Shown here: in pieces, positions 30,046 through 39,866 of the stretch
Numbering within the stretch: position 1 is the first letter of the stretch
Layout: every line of letters begins with the position of its first letter
Source: a virus
Taxonomy: Duplodnaviria; Caudoviricetes
Length of the DNA stretch: 64,000 bases
Reading direction: 5' to 3' (one strand)
Virus record (IMG/VR): IMGVR_UViG_3300031992_000019
Notes under the pieces: generated by a model
What the model was told of the DNA's origin: nothing
The model's database searches: none
Seen by the model: the letters and a program-made list of their open reading frames with translations, nothing else
Made by a program: the position numbers and the translations under genes

Positions 30046-31523
30046 TGCTCTGGATTTTGTGCCACGGGACGGATGCCAGTCTTGGCTTCCTCCTCTTGCT
30101 CTGCCATAGACGGAGTAGGCTCCCCCTTGGCCTCATTGGCGGTGAATATCTCGTCCATTGCTGCGGAGTGCAACCTCGCAACCTCGTCCTCGGGTGCATC
30201 GGTAAGCGCAAGCATTGATACTGCGGTCTCGAGGGAAACGAGTCCAGAACCATACAATGAGGATATCTGCCCCCATCTCTGCTCCTTGTCCGAAGAGAAC
30301 GGGTCTGCGAACTCGTGCTTGATTTTGGTCGCGTCTATCTTGCTCCCCATATTCTCGTGCTGAAGCTTCAAGATAGCCATAATCACTGACCTCAACCTGT
30401 CCACGTTCTCGTCATAGTCCTCCTTTCGGTTGTCCCTCTTGATGTAGCCTATCGCGAAGGTGTTCTTTATCGCTGCGCCCGTGAGAGTGCCGAACCCCCT
30501 CATCTTCTCAACGTCAAAGTTTGGTGTCATCGTGTCGAAGAGGACGGATGTCTTGAGGTCTTCCTTCTCCTCAACCCTTGTCTGCGAGTTGCTGGGAGGT
30601 TGTATGTATTCGAACTTCGAGCTTGACCCCGTTAGCTGGATGAGTCGCCCAGGCTTGTCGGGAGTAGCCATATTGTTGATGACATCGGCGGTGGCTGCGG
30701 CTATCGGGTCGGAGAAATAGTTGTTCGTGTCGGCGGTCTTCGAGTCGAGCATCTCTATCCTGTCCAGCCTCTCCTCTGAACCTGCCCAAGCCTTCGGCTG
30801 CGTGAAATAGATGGCGGGAATCTTCCCTATAGAGTTCTTGTACGGCTTGACATCCCAACCCAACTTGCCCTTCTTGCAGTAATATAGTGTGTCCTTGGTG
30901 AAGATGTCCCAGTGTGAGACGTTGACCATACCATCCCCTGCGATGTTCTCCTTGAGGGTGTAGCCTATCGCAAAGGCGGTCATCTGCCCATACTGGTCGA
31001 AGAGTGGTCTTAACTTGTAACCCGTGCTTCTTGCCGCCACGAAGGGGATGACCTTGACATCATCGTTCTCTTGGTAGATGTGGAAGACGAGAGCGGCTTC
31101 GGTTTCCGCGCCAGCAAGTCTCTTCACCTTCCTCATCTTTGAATCAAGCCTATGCTCTTTCCAGAAGTCCGTGAACAACGTGAACGCCTCATCCTCACCA
31201 TCGGTCTTCGACCATATTATCGGCTGACCAAGGAGGAAGAAGAGTTCTATCTCGTTTATATATGACTGAAGATTCCTCGGGAGCTTCTCGGTGATATACG
31301 GGTCATCGTTGTCCCTCTCCTTGTTGGGGCGGTGCATCACCTTGTGCTGCTTCGGGTCATACTCCGAAAGAGCCTCGTCAACCTTGTCGTCCCTGTTCTG
31401 TAGGAGGTCGATGACCCTGTCAACGTCCTTGTCATTCAAGAGGGTGTGTATGTCCCTCTCTATGCCAAGGATATTGAGTACCTTGTTGCGGAAATGGGTC
31501 TTTATATCGTCTAATACTACCAT
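30042..31523 (-). CDS. phage portal protein (SPP1-like)
   Basis: 493 aa directly after TerL; TGAAIK and LETAV motifs typical of SPP1-type portals. Confidence 0.85.
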   Translation of the reverse strand: MVVLDDIKTHFRNKVLNILGIERDIHTLLNDKDVDRVIDLLQNRDDKVDEALSEYDPKQHKVMHRPNKERDNDDPYITEKLPRNLQSYINEIELFFLLGQPIIWSKTDGEDEAFTLFTDFWKEHRLDSKMRKVKRLAGAETEAALVFHIYQENDDVKVIPFVAARSTGYKLRPLFDQYGQMTAFAIGYTLKENIAGDGMVNVSHWDIFTKDTLYYCKKGKLGWDVKPYKNSIGKIPAIYFTQPKAWAGSEERLDRIEMLDSKTADTNNYFSDPIAAATADVINNMATPDKPGRLIQLTGSSSKFEYIQPPSNSQTRVEEKEDLKTSVLFDTMTPNFDVEKMRGFGTLTGAAIKNTFAIGYIKRDNRKEDYDENVDRLRSVIMAILKLQHENMGSKIDATKIKHEFADPFSSDKEQRWGQISSLYGSGLVSLETAVSMLALTDAPEDEVARLHSAAMDEIFTANEAKGEPTPSMAEQEEEAKTGIRPVAQNPEQ

Positions 31524-31525
31524 AA

Positions 31526-33220
31526 CTAAAATATTCCAAGTCTTTCCTTTGTGACGTTCTTCGGCTTCATCACCTTGCCCAAGACTATCGCCAGCACTAC
31601 ATACCTCACCGCGTCAATGAGGTGGTTATATGCGTCAATAGGTGAGTTTATGTAGTTGCCGTTCTTGTCGGTGTCCCAAGTGTAGTTCCTCAACTCCTCT
31701 TGTAGGTTGAGGGACTTCTCGGTCACGTACAATTCCATCGTCTGCATCTTGTCGATGCCAGCCATTATCGACCCTGGCCCCTTCTGAACGGGATATATTA
31801 TTATCCCTCCCAAGGCTATCTCGTCTATCAATCTCGGGTCTGCACTCTCCGAAATGACGTGATAGGGGTACTTCCTCAACTCCTTTATTATGTCGGAAGA
31901 AAGCATCGCGGTCTTGTAGCACAACTCCTCCATATAGATTCGGTTGTCCACGAAACCGACCTTGACGATAGCCGTAACGTCTTGACTGTAACCTAAATCC
32001 ATTCCGAGGTACACCTTCTTGCAGTAGTCGGGGAACTCCTTCACTACGCCCCACTTCTTGAAGATAGCACCCTCTGCGACATCTGCCCATCGTCCCATAA
32101 AGATGTGTGCATACCTCTCTGGGTCGCGCTCCTTCATCGCCTTCGCCTCCTCTATGAACTGCGGCGCGAGGTGTTCGAGGTTGTCCAAGTAGGAGGTGTG
32201 GATGTGAAGCACATTAGGGTGGGTGGATATCTGCACGTCAAAGCCGTCATACTTGACCAACTTGTGCGTGTCCTTGATATATCTCTGGTAGATGAAGTGG
32301 TTGGAGTCCGTGGGGTTCATGATGATTATCACGAGATTCTTTAGACCCGACTGACGGATGGAATACACTATCGTCTCGAAGTCCTTCTCGTTGACGAACT
32401 CCTCTGCCTCATCACACACGAACACACTCAATCCCTTGATGGATTTCAGTTTCGCGGTCTGGTTGCCCGAAGATGTCTTGATGCCTCGGAACATTATCTT
32501 TGAACCCGTCTTGACATTGATGATGTCCGACTTCGACCTCGCGAAATACTTCTGCGTGCCGTCAGCCTCTATCTTGTCATAGACCTCGGGGATGATACTT
32601 ATGTTCGCGGAGACCATCGTATATCTTGAGTAGAGTATCTGGTGCGCTATCTTGTGCCCCGTGGTGTCCCTGCCCAACTCGAAGGTCAATCTCTCGATGA
32701 AGGTGGACAAAGCAAACGACTTGCCCGAATTGTGCGTTATCGTCCCATCGGAGTGTACGTACCTCTGGTTTCCGTCAAGGCTGATGCCGCACCACTCTTC
32801 CTTGTCTATCGGGGTGATGGTCATCTCGGTCTTGATAAGGGAAAAGTCCCCATTGAGAGGGTCGGAGAGTCTTGCACCGAAACACTTGTTTGGCGCGTAG
32901 CCTACCCGAACGTCCTTTAATCCACCATTGTCATATAGCGTGAGGATGTGGTTGTCATTCACATAGTACGTTTCCCCGTTGCTCTGGGTGACTTCGTACA
33001 TCTGCCCATACCCCTTATGAGTCTGGAGTACCTTTCGCGGTGTGCCGTCATCGCCTAAAACCATATCTCCAACCCTAACGTCCTTGAGCTGCTTGACGGA
33101 AAGGTCAGCCATAATGATTTCTTGCGTTGGTCTTTCACACCCACGGCCTCCCGTGACAAGAATGATGAACTTGTCCTTGTTCAGATATAGTGGCGTGTAT
33201 ATGTCGTGGTTGAGTATCAT
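31526..33220 (-). CDS. terminase large subunit (PBSX-like) with mini-intein
   Basis: GGRG|SGKS, VCDEAEE Walker B, MNP, GMDLGY, NHLIDAVRY. Confidence 0.95.
   Translation of the reverse strand: MILNHDIYTPLYLNKDKFIILVTGGRGCERPTQEIIMADLSVKQLKDVRVGDMVLGDDGTPRKVLQTHKGYGQMYEVTQSNGETYYVNDNHILTLYDNGGLKDVRVGYAPNKCFGARLSDPLNGDFSLIKTEMTITPIDKEEWCGISLDGNQRYVHSDGTITHNSGKSFALSTFIERLTFELGRDTTGHKIAHQILYSRYTMVSANISIIPEVYDKIEADGTQKYFARSKSDIINVKTGSKIMFRGIKTSSGNQTAKLKSIKGLSVFVCDEAEEFVNEKDFETIVYSIRQSGLKNLVIIIMNPTDSNHFIYQRYIKDTHKLVKYDGFDVQISTHPNVLHIHTSYLDNLEHLAPQFIEEAKAMKERDPERYAHIFMGRWADVAEGAIFKKWGVVKEFPDYCKKVYLGMDLGYSQDVTAIVKVGFVDNRIYMEELCYKTAMLSSDIIKELRKYPYHVISESADPRLIDEIALGGIIIYPVQKGPGSIMAGIDKMQTMELYVTEKSLNLQEELRNYTWDTDKNGNYINSPIDAYNHLIDAVRYVVLAIVLGKVMKPKNVTKERLGIF
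32729..33139 (-). mobile_element. mini-intein (137 aa) in terminase Walker A
   Basis: starts CERPTQ, ends ITHN, followed by Ser. Confidence 0.92.
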
Positions 33221-33957
33221 ACGGACGAGTCTCCTTCGTCATGGGTTTCCTCCGATTCGGCGGCTTCATTCCTCTTCTCCTTGGCTTTGGTTTCCTGGTC
33301 TATCCACTTCGAGATGTCGATGCCCTCCTCTGCCTCGGTGACTACATTCGGGTCTTCGTTGTCCTCTGGGACTACTCCCTCCCTCTTGCGCCATTCGGGG
33401 TCGTGGTGGTGCAGCCATACGCTCATCGCCTGTAGTGATGGTGCGTACTCTATCTCCGAGGTAGAGGTCTGGATGTCCTCGTCATCGGTCAATACCCCGT
33501 TGATTCTCATCCTCCTTGACACCGTTGTGACGTTCTTCGTCTTGTGCAATCCAAGTGCCATCTTGAGGTATTTGTTTCTCACCGCGGCATTGATTTTGCG
33601 CCTCGCACGTTCCAAGACTCGTTGCATTCGCTGGGAGCGGTAGGCATTCTCCTCGTCCGTCCACGACTGGTATCGTCCCGCCTTCATCGCGTTAAAGGTG
33701 TCGGGGGAAATATACACATGGAGGTCGGAGTCGAGGAGTCCGTCGGCTATCTCCGCGTCAGTCATACCTTGGTAGGCGAGTGTCCAGATTATCTCGTAGA
33801 ACTCGTCATCGTCGTAGTCTATCTTGGGTTTCAGACCGCCCTTCTTGACCACATCCTCCTGCCGTTCTTGGTATGACCTTGGTGGCTTGGGGTTTGACTT
33901 GGGAGGCTTGTAGTTCCTTTTCTTTGCAGCCTCTTTCTTCTTGTCATCTTTCTTCAT
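33217..33957 (-). CDS. terminase small subunit
   Basis: G.TDAEIAD HTH, APSLQAMSVWL..HDPEWR; coupled upstream of TerL. Confidence 0.8.
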   Translation of the reverse strand: MKKDDKKKEAAKKRNYKPPKSNPKPPRSYQERQEDVVKKGGLKPKIDYDDDEFYEIIWTLAYQGMTDAEIADGLLDSDLHVYISPDTFNAMKAGRYQSWTDEENAYRSQRMQRVLERARRKINAAVRNKYLKMALGLHKTKNVTTVSRRMRINGVLTDDEDIQTSTSEIEYAPSLQAMSVWLHHHDPEWRKREGVVPEDNEDPNVVTEAEEGIDISKWIDQETKAKEKRNEAAESEETHDEGDSSV

Positions 33958-34069
33958 AGTGGGGTTATTGTATATTTTTCGTGTGATGTGATTTTTGCGT
34001 TTTGTCGGTAAATCTTGTTATGAGGATAGGTTTTTTATTTGTGGGTTATTGTACTTTTTAACACTTATT

Positions 34070-34387
34070 TTAGCCGTTAGAGGCTGCTTTTGCCTTGTCG
34101 GTGTTGTAATTCTCATACTGGCGATTCCAAGCACCCTTGTTGAGTTTTGAGAGATAGTTCCCGTAATCTCCTTGGACACCTCCAGTCTTTTCCACATCGT
34201 TCTTGAATGCCTTCGTGCCTATTATATTCTCGATATACTGGTCACGAATCCTCTGCGCCTTTTCAAACCTACCAATCCCCCGATTGTCATTTTCGTTGGC
34301 TATAAGCGAATTGGCGGCATTCATCCATATCCTCCCAAGCTGCGCATCTATGTCATTGATGGACTTTGTTCTTTTCCTTGTTGCCAT
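34070..34387 (-). CDS. MATR-family basic protein (ends AASNG)
   Basis: MATRKRTKSINDIDAQLGRI. Confidence 0.85.
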   Translation of the reverse strand: MATRKRTKSINDIDAQLGRIWMNAANSLIANENDNRGIGRFEKAQRIRDQYIENIIGTKAFKNDVEKTGGVQGDYGNYLSKLNKGAWNRQYENYNTDKAKAASNG

Positions 34388-34391
34388 AGCC

Positions 34392-34658
34392 TTATCCGTT
34401 AGAACCCGTCATATACGCCCTACGGGAGTATTTCGTTGCAGATGCAGTTCGCCAGTTCTGCGCGTTCTCGTTCTTGAAACGCGACTGCTTCTTGATGTTA
34501 GCGGAGTATTTCCTCTCCGCACCGATTGCCCTGTCGAGCATCTTGTTGTACCTCTCCTTCGAGATAGTGCCGTCCGAATATCGGTCGAGAACCAGCTTGT
34601 AGATTCTATCCGTCTGCTTGCGGATGTCATCCAGTGATTTCCTTCGTCTTGTTGCCAT
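34392..34658 (-). CDS. MATR-family basic protein (ends TGSNG)
   Basis: MATRRRKSLDDIRKQTDRI. Confidence 0.85.
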   Translation of the reverse strand: MATRRRKSLDDIRKQTDRIYKLVLDRYSDGTISKERYNKMLDRAIGAERKYSANIKKQSRFKNENAQNWRTASATKYSRRAYMTGSNG

Positions 34659-34815
34659 AACTGTTTGTTTTTGCGCAAAGATAGTTAAAATTATCCTAAT
34701 TTTAGATTTGCTATTTGAAAACTATCGCACTTTGTGGTTTTGTGCTATAAAAGGCGGGAGTTCATCGCCCCCGCCCCCACAAACACACACTAATCACACT
34801 ATGAAGATTATATTT

Positions 34816-34845
34816 TTATCCTTTTCCTCCCTTGGCTTTCGCCAT
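34816..34845 (-). CDS. micro-ORF MAKAKGGKG
   Basis: read from sequence; lies between MATR genes. Confidence 0.4.
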   Translation of the reverse strand: MAKAKGGKG

Positions 34846-34856
34846 ATAGGTCTTTT

Positions 34857-35222
34857 TTATCCGTTTGACGCGGCTCTCGCCTTGTCAGTTGTATAATCTA
34901 CGTACTTTCGGTTAGACACCCTTTTGACAGCCTTATCCAGTCTTTCTTCTGCCGCGTCATATTTGTCCACTGGGCCTCTACCTCTATAATAGTTTCGCTC
35001 GCGTAATGCTCTGCTATGCTCTTCCATATCTTTTTGATGGATTGCGGTTTTCCTTATGTTGTTGAAATACCTTTGCGTAGCATTTTCGACCGCTTTGAGC
35101 CTCCTTGTTAATATTTGCTCATCTCCACCTTCTCGCCTCCTTTTATCTAAAAGTTCCGCGATTCTGGACTCTTGATTTCGCAAGTCTTCTAATGACTTTG
35201 CCCTTTTCTTTCTTGTTGCCAT
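34857..35222 (-). CDS. MATR-family basic protein (ends AASNG)
   Basis: MATRKKRAKSLEDLRNQESRI. Confidence 0.85.
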   Translation of the reverse strand: MATRKKRAKSLEDLRNQESRIAELLDKRRREGGDEQILTRRLKAVENATQRYFNNIRKTAIHQKDMEEHSRALRERNYYRGRGPVDKYDAAEERLDKAVKRVSNRKYVDYTTDKARAASNG

Positions 35223-35247
35223 ATTGTTATCCTTTATTAAGTCCCAT

Positions 35248-35793
35248 TTAACCTACTATTAGAGATGATTTGCCTACAAGCGAGGAGATTCTTCTTTCAG
35301 TCACGTCACGCAGCATATTCTTTGTAGCGATAGTAACATTTGAAAGGGACTCCTTTAGGCTTGATATCCTCTTGTAGAACCCAGCAGTGTGCATTGTTTC
35401 TATCTTGAGGTATCTGGTGTCATAGTGATGCACAAACTCGTGTAGGAGTGTGTCGGCAAAACTCTTTATGGACACCTTCTTCCCAGTCTTGGCAGTGGTG
35501 TTATAGATGACAATGGAATCCTTTACCCCACCTCCGTGACGATAATACCCGTATGTCTGCCCACCTCCGCTACTTCTCCTCGGTCTTTCAGTCACATAGA
35601 CTTTTGGGGAATTTATCTTGTATTGCTTACACAAGTCATCGACCAGAGCTTGAGCAGCCTTTTGCCTACTGCCCTCGTCCTCCTTGGCTTCAAGCAGCTT
35701 TGAGAATAGCGATTTCTTGAATCGTTTCTTCTCAATGGTCTCTATGCTATTGCTCCTCTCATAGTCGGTCGATGTTGTCCTTCGCGTTGCCAT
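35248..35793 (-). CDS. MATR-headed zincin metallopeptidase (SprT/WLM-like)
   Basis: TLLHEFVHH...HTAGFY; ends LIVG. Confidence 0.75.
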   Translation of the reverse strand: MATRRTTSTDYERSNSIETIEKKRFKKSLFSKLLEAKEDEGSRQKAAQALVDDLCKQYKINSPKVYVTERPRRSSGGGQTYGYYRHGGGVKDSIVIYNTTAKTGKKVSIKSFADTLLHEFVHHYDTRYLKIETMHTAGFYKRISSLKESLSNVTIATKNMLRDVTERRISSLVGKSSLIVG

Positions 35794-35794
35794 A

Positions 35795-36175
35795 TTAAGT
35801 TGTTCCTTGCGACTTGGATGCGGTGACGTACTTTGTCACATTGTCACGGAGTGCATTACTGCCCCTATCTACCGTGTCATACTTGGTATAGAGAAGACGC
35901 TTTGCGGTATTATTTCCGAGCCTACTCATATTGTAGAGCCTCTGCGCGGTATTCCCAGGCGAGAACTCTGGCTTGAGTCCTCCATCGGAGGCTTTGCTTA
36001 CATCAATCATAAGCCTACCTGCAGATGTCTTGTTCAGCCTCCTCTGCATCTCGTTGCCCAGTGCGCGGTTGATGCGGTTATAGTTGCGACTTCCGTACCT
36101 TGCCCCGTATGTTCTCTCCATACGATTAGACTGCTCTACCAAGTCGTTGATTGATTTCTTTCTTCGTGTTGCCAT
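35795..36175 (-). CDS. MATR-family basic protein (ends SQGTT)
   Basis: MATRRKKSINDLVEQSNRM. Confidence 0.85.
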   Translation of the reverse strand: MATRRKKSINDLVEQSNRMERTYGARYGSRNYNRINRALGNEMQRRLNKTSAGRLMIDVSKASDGGLKPEFSPGNTAQRLYNMSRLGNNTAKRLLYTKYDTVDRGSNALRDNVTKYVTASKSQGTT

Positions 36176-36177
36176 AA

Positions 36178-36477
36178 TTAACCTTTGTTTAACCCCCGAT
36201 AGGTGTTCGGGGAGTATTTCCTATTCAACTGCTTGCTGACGATTTCGTCCCTCTTGACACCCTCCGCGCCCGCGAACTTGTCATCAAGCCTACGGAAGGA
36301 CTTCGAGTTGGATATATTCCTCTGGTAGTTCCTCGCGGCGGTCAATGCCCTCCTATATCGCCTGTATATTGGAATGGCAATCTCATCGGGTTGGTTCGCT
36401 CCCCTACTCAATGCCATCGTCCTAATTCTTTCAAGCTGCGCCTCTATGTCGTTTACGGATTTCTTTCGTGTAGCCAT
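36178..36477 (-). CDS. MATR-family basic protein (ends GLNKG)
   Basis: MATRKKSVNDIEAQLERI...RKYSPNTYRGLNKG. Confidence 0.85.
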   Translation of the reverse strand: MATRKKSVNDIEAQLERIRTMALSRGANQPDEIAIPIYRRYRRALTAARNYQRNISNSKSFRRLDDKFAGAEGVKRDEIVSKQLNRKYSPNTYRGLNKG

Positions 36478-36478
36478 A

Positions 36479-36775
36479 TTATCCTTTGTTTAGTCCAACC
36501 GCCTTGGTGGTGTCGGGATTGTTGTAGCCAGTATATTTCTGATTCAAGTTCCTCCACGCCCTCTTTCCGTATTCGGTCGGGGTGGCATCACCATTTCGAG
36601 CCTCCCTCACGCGGTTCAACAACCTTTTCCCAGTCTTGCTATTGTCTATGTTGTTCACATAGTTGGAATATATGCGGTTTATCCGCTCCGCTCTTTCGGG
36701 GGAGGGGCTGTAGTCATACAATAACCTACCGCGCTGAATGGATAGGTCGTTCTTGGATTTCGCTCGTGTCGGCAT
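36479..36775 (-). CDS. MATR-family basic protein (MPTR variant, ends GLNKG)
   Basis: MPTRAKSKNDLSIQRGRL; start downstream of promoter 36798. Confidence 0.8.
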   Translation of the reverse strand: MPTRAKSKNDLSIQRGRLLYDYSPSPERAERINRIYSNYVNNIDNSKTGKRLLNRVREARNGDATPTEYGKRAWRNLNQKYTGYNNPDTTKAVGLNKG

Positions 36776-36916
36776 AACTTTTATTTTTTTTCTGCTGCAA
36801 AGATACACACTTATCATATTGTGCAATCAAATACCCATCCGATAGTTTGCACGATAAAAATTTGTGCATAATGTAAACAATTTTCGGACTTGTGCGTTAT
36901 AGAAGAAAAGAGAGTT

Positions 36917-37126
36917 ATGACAGTTTTAGAACAAGAACTTTTAACAATGGCAAAGAGTTTCTTTGCGCACTACAACAAAGAGGGACTGCGTGAGAGAGTA
37001 GCGACACAGGTCTTCTCCAATGTTTACGCGACTTATGACCACATCCCGAGTGAAGAACAGACAAAGAGGCTGGCATCCGAGGCGGTAAAGGCTGCGGACA
37101 TCCTCATTAAAGAGTTGGACAAATGA
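36917..37126 (+). CDS. hypothetical protein
   Basis: LA.EAV.AAD.LI.EL motif; start MTVLEQ. Confidence 0.65.
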   Translation: MTVLEQELLTMAKSFFAHYNKEGLRERVATQVFSNVYATYDHIPSEEQTKRLASEAVKAADILIKELDK

Positions 37127-37518
37127 AAGAGATTATCGCTAACGACATCCTCAATTACATCGAGGATTCACTTAAAGGACTTTCCTTCAACGACTACACC
37201 GAGGTCGCCCTTATGGTGGGTGACAAGTTGGGCAACGCAATGATTAAGGACTTCAAGGCTTATGACAACATCCGCTCCAAGAGGATGGAACGGCTCGAAG
37301 CCGAAATCGCGAGACTCAAAGAAGAACTCGAAGAAGAGAAGGCAAAGAACGACCATCAGGAGAACTTCTACCTCTCCCAGATAGCCATCCACAACATCAA
37401 CACCGAGAACGCGCACCTCGTCAAAAGACAGAAGGACGCGATAACCAACATGAGAAGGTCTTACCGAGCCACCATCAAGGGACTCCAAGACCAGATTGAC
37501 AATTACAAGAATATATGA
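37123..37518 (+). CDS. coiled-coil hypothetical protein
   Basis: 131 aa, coupled. Confidence 0.65.
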   Translation: MKEIIANDILNYIEDSLKGLSFNDYTEVALMVGDKLGNAMIKDFKAYDNIRSKRMERLEAEIARLKEELEEEKAKNDHQENFYLSQIAIHNINTENAHLVKRQKDAITNMRRSYRATIKGLQDQIDNYKNI

Positions 37519-38724
37519 TTTTCTTCGCAATTACTGGCATCGTCTTCGGGTTATACATCTACTTGAAGGATGCGAGAAACTTTAATGAGTTTGATTGATT
37601 ATGAGAGTTTGGAAACCGAAAGTCGGGGAAACATTCTACCTCCCCCACTTCATCTATTCTGGATTCACCACGATTAAGGCTACCTACAAAGAGGGGTACA
37701 ACTTCATTACCGACAACAGACTTGCATTCCCCACCGAGGACGAATGCCAAAAGTTCTGCGAGTATCTTAACAAGAAATTCAAGGCAGCAATAAATGAGTA
37801 TTAACGAGCATTGGACGCAAAAGCACGGCAGACACGTTCCCAAGAAACAATTCACCTCTCTTGAAGAATGTATCGAGTTTCTCCGCGAGAACAAGATTCG
37901 GGGATATCACCCCTATGTTTGCAGCGTCTGCGGTCAATGGCATATAGGTCACGACAAATGATAGAACTCCTTCTAATCGGTATGTTGAGGTTTTCCGCAG
38001 ACTCCCTCATAGTCAACTCTACCGAAAGGGTAGAGATAGGCTGCGAGAAAATCTCCCTTGTGTTCCGTCCGTCTGGGTATGTTTTGAAATCATATTTCCC
38101 GAAGAAACTCAAGGAAGGTCTCAAAGAGTCCGCATACATCAAGGTCGGGGACAAGAAATACGTCCTCAACGAGAAAGAGAAATGTGTCTTGCTTAACTGG
38201 TTAAAGTGATGGAAGAGAAAGAAAACGGATGTGCAGACATCTTTATCATACCCCTATGTATCTTCGGTGGTGCGTGGGTTATCATGTGGTCTTGGAATGA
38301 CCTTGCCCCTTTTTTCCTTGGTGAGGTGAACACCATGTCATACAAGTTCGCACTCAAGTGCATGTTGTACTTGTTCGTGATGCGTGTATTGCTGAAATAG
38401 TTGCTTTCTACGGCACTTTCTCTTTTCTGACGATAAGGTTATCGTTTGGATTGAGAAAGTCCGTTAGAAACAAAAAAAATCGGGATATCCGCGATACCCC
38501 GATTATGTTAAATTTTGTTAACACTTGCAACAAATACGTTTTTTCTGCGTCTTATATATAGAAACACCTAAAAACATACGATTATGAAAGAAAAAAAATT
38601 CCCAGAGTGCATCTTATCTTCCGAAGAACTCGAGAAGATGGACAAAGAAGAAATGAAGAAGGGTCGCTACCGCGTAGGATTTGAGGACGGACTTCCCATC
38701 TATCTTGCTGTTGGTGGCGAATGA

Positions 38725-39501
38725 CTATCGCTTTGTTGGATGGTTCTGGCGAGATGTATAGTTCCAACCGAATCTCTTGGCTACCCTCTTGTTAAGTTCG
38801 TTGGCCATATATACATCAGTTCTATCAGTGACTTGGGCATCCCAACCCCTTCCTTTACGAATTAACTTCAATCGACCCCTTTGGTGCTCGTGTAATGCTA
38901 TCTCCTTTCCAAGTTTTGCCGCCTCTATTTCATAGGCTCTTTTTACTTGTGCAGGAGTTGCTCCCCATCCGTTTTTCGGTCGTTTGAAGGAGAAAGTAAA
39001 GGTAGGAGTTGCGGCACGCATTTCTGCCGCATTCCAAGCCACCGCAGAAATCATATCGTCTTTGCTGAATGAGTGCCCAATTCCACCGAATCCTTTTTTG
39101 CCTATTGACAAAGGATGGTTGTGAGTCAAAACGATATTCTTCTTGGCTCCGAGCATCATAAGGGCAAGTTGTTCATACTGGTTAGGCTCAACCTTATTGC
39201 CCTTTCCTTGTTTGCTAAAAAGTTTGTTGCCATTCTCATCAAAGACGTGAAGCTGCTCATCGTGAAGATTGCGAGTGTTTTCCTCTACATCTGATAATGC
39301 CTTCTTGAGACCCTCGCTATGACCTACCTCGGTGTCATGCTTGGAAAGTTCCCTTTTAGCCTTCATCTGGACACTTACCGATGGCTTCTCGTACTTTTTC
39401 TTCTTGTCGGAGGCATAGGACAGACTACCGAAGCCTATCTGCGGTTTCGTATAGACCTTCTTCGGTTTCTCCTTGCGATACTTGTAGATTCCTTCTGCCA
39501 T
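38725..39501 (-). CDS. JAB/MPN-like metalloprotein
   Basis: E (DEQLHVFD) ... THNHP ... SFSKDD matches the JAMM E..HxH..S..D pattern. Confidence 0.65.
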   Translation of the reverse strand: MAEGIYKYRKEKPKKVYTKPQIGFGSLSYASDKKKKYEKPSVSVQMKAKRELSKHDTEVGHSEGLKKALSDVEENTRNLHDEQLHVFDENGNKLFSKQGKGNKVEPNQYEQLALMMLGAKKNIVLTHNHPLSIGKKGFGGIGHSFSKDDMISAVAWNAAEMRAATPTFTFSFKRPKNGWGATPAQVKRAYEIEAAKLGKEIALHEHQRGRLKLIRKGRGWDAQVTDRTDVYMANELNKRVAKRFGWNYTSRQNHPTKR

Positions 39502-39502
39502 A

Positions 39503-39862
39503 TTATCCTTGGTTTCTACCCATATAGGTGTTACGTGAATACTTGCGGTTCATCCTCTGCCAATAGTATTTTCCCGCCTTTTTCATTATTTTCCTATGCT
39601 TCTCCAACTCTTTGCGCTCCCAAGGTGTAGGTTCGTGGAAGATAAGGTCAATCTTACTGGCTCGGTTAAGTTCGCGATTTTCCTTCTCCCTCGCATTGCT
39701 CGCACTTTTCGTTCTTCGGATATTACCCGAATACCTAAACGTGATGCCCTCGGCACGCCTTGCCCTCTCTCTGCTACTTTCAGTGCCAAGTTCCTCGGCA
39801 AGCCTTTCTATTCGTGCCTGCTGTTCTATCAAGTCTTCTATTGACTTTTTACGTGTAGCCAT
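39503..39862 (-). CDS. MATR-family basic protein (ends GRNQG)
   Basis: MATRKKSIEDLIEQQARI...RKYSRNTYMGRNQG. Confidence 0.85.
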   Translation of the reverse strand: MATRKKSIEDLIEQQARIERLAEELGTESSRERARRAEGITFRYSGNIRRTKSASNAREKENRELNRASKIDLIFHEPTPWERKELEKHRKIMKKAGKYYWQRMNRKYSRNTYMGRNQG

Positions 39863-39866
39863 AGTT

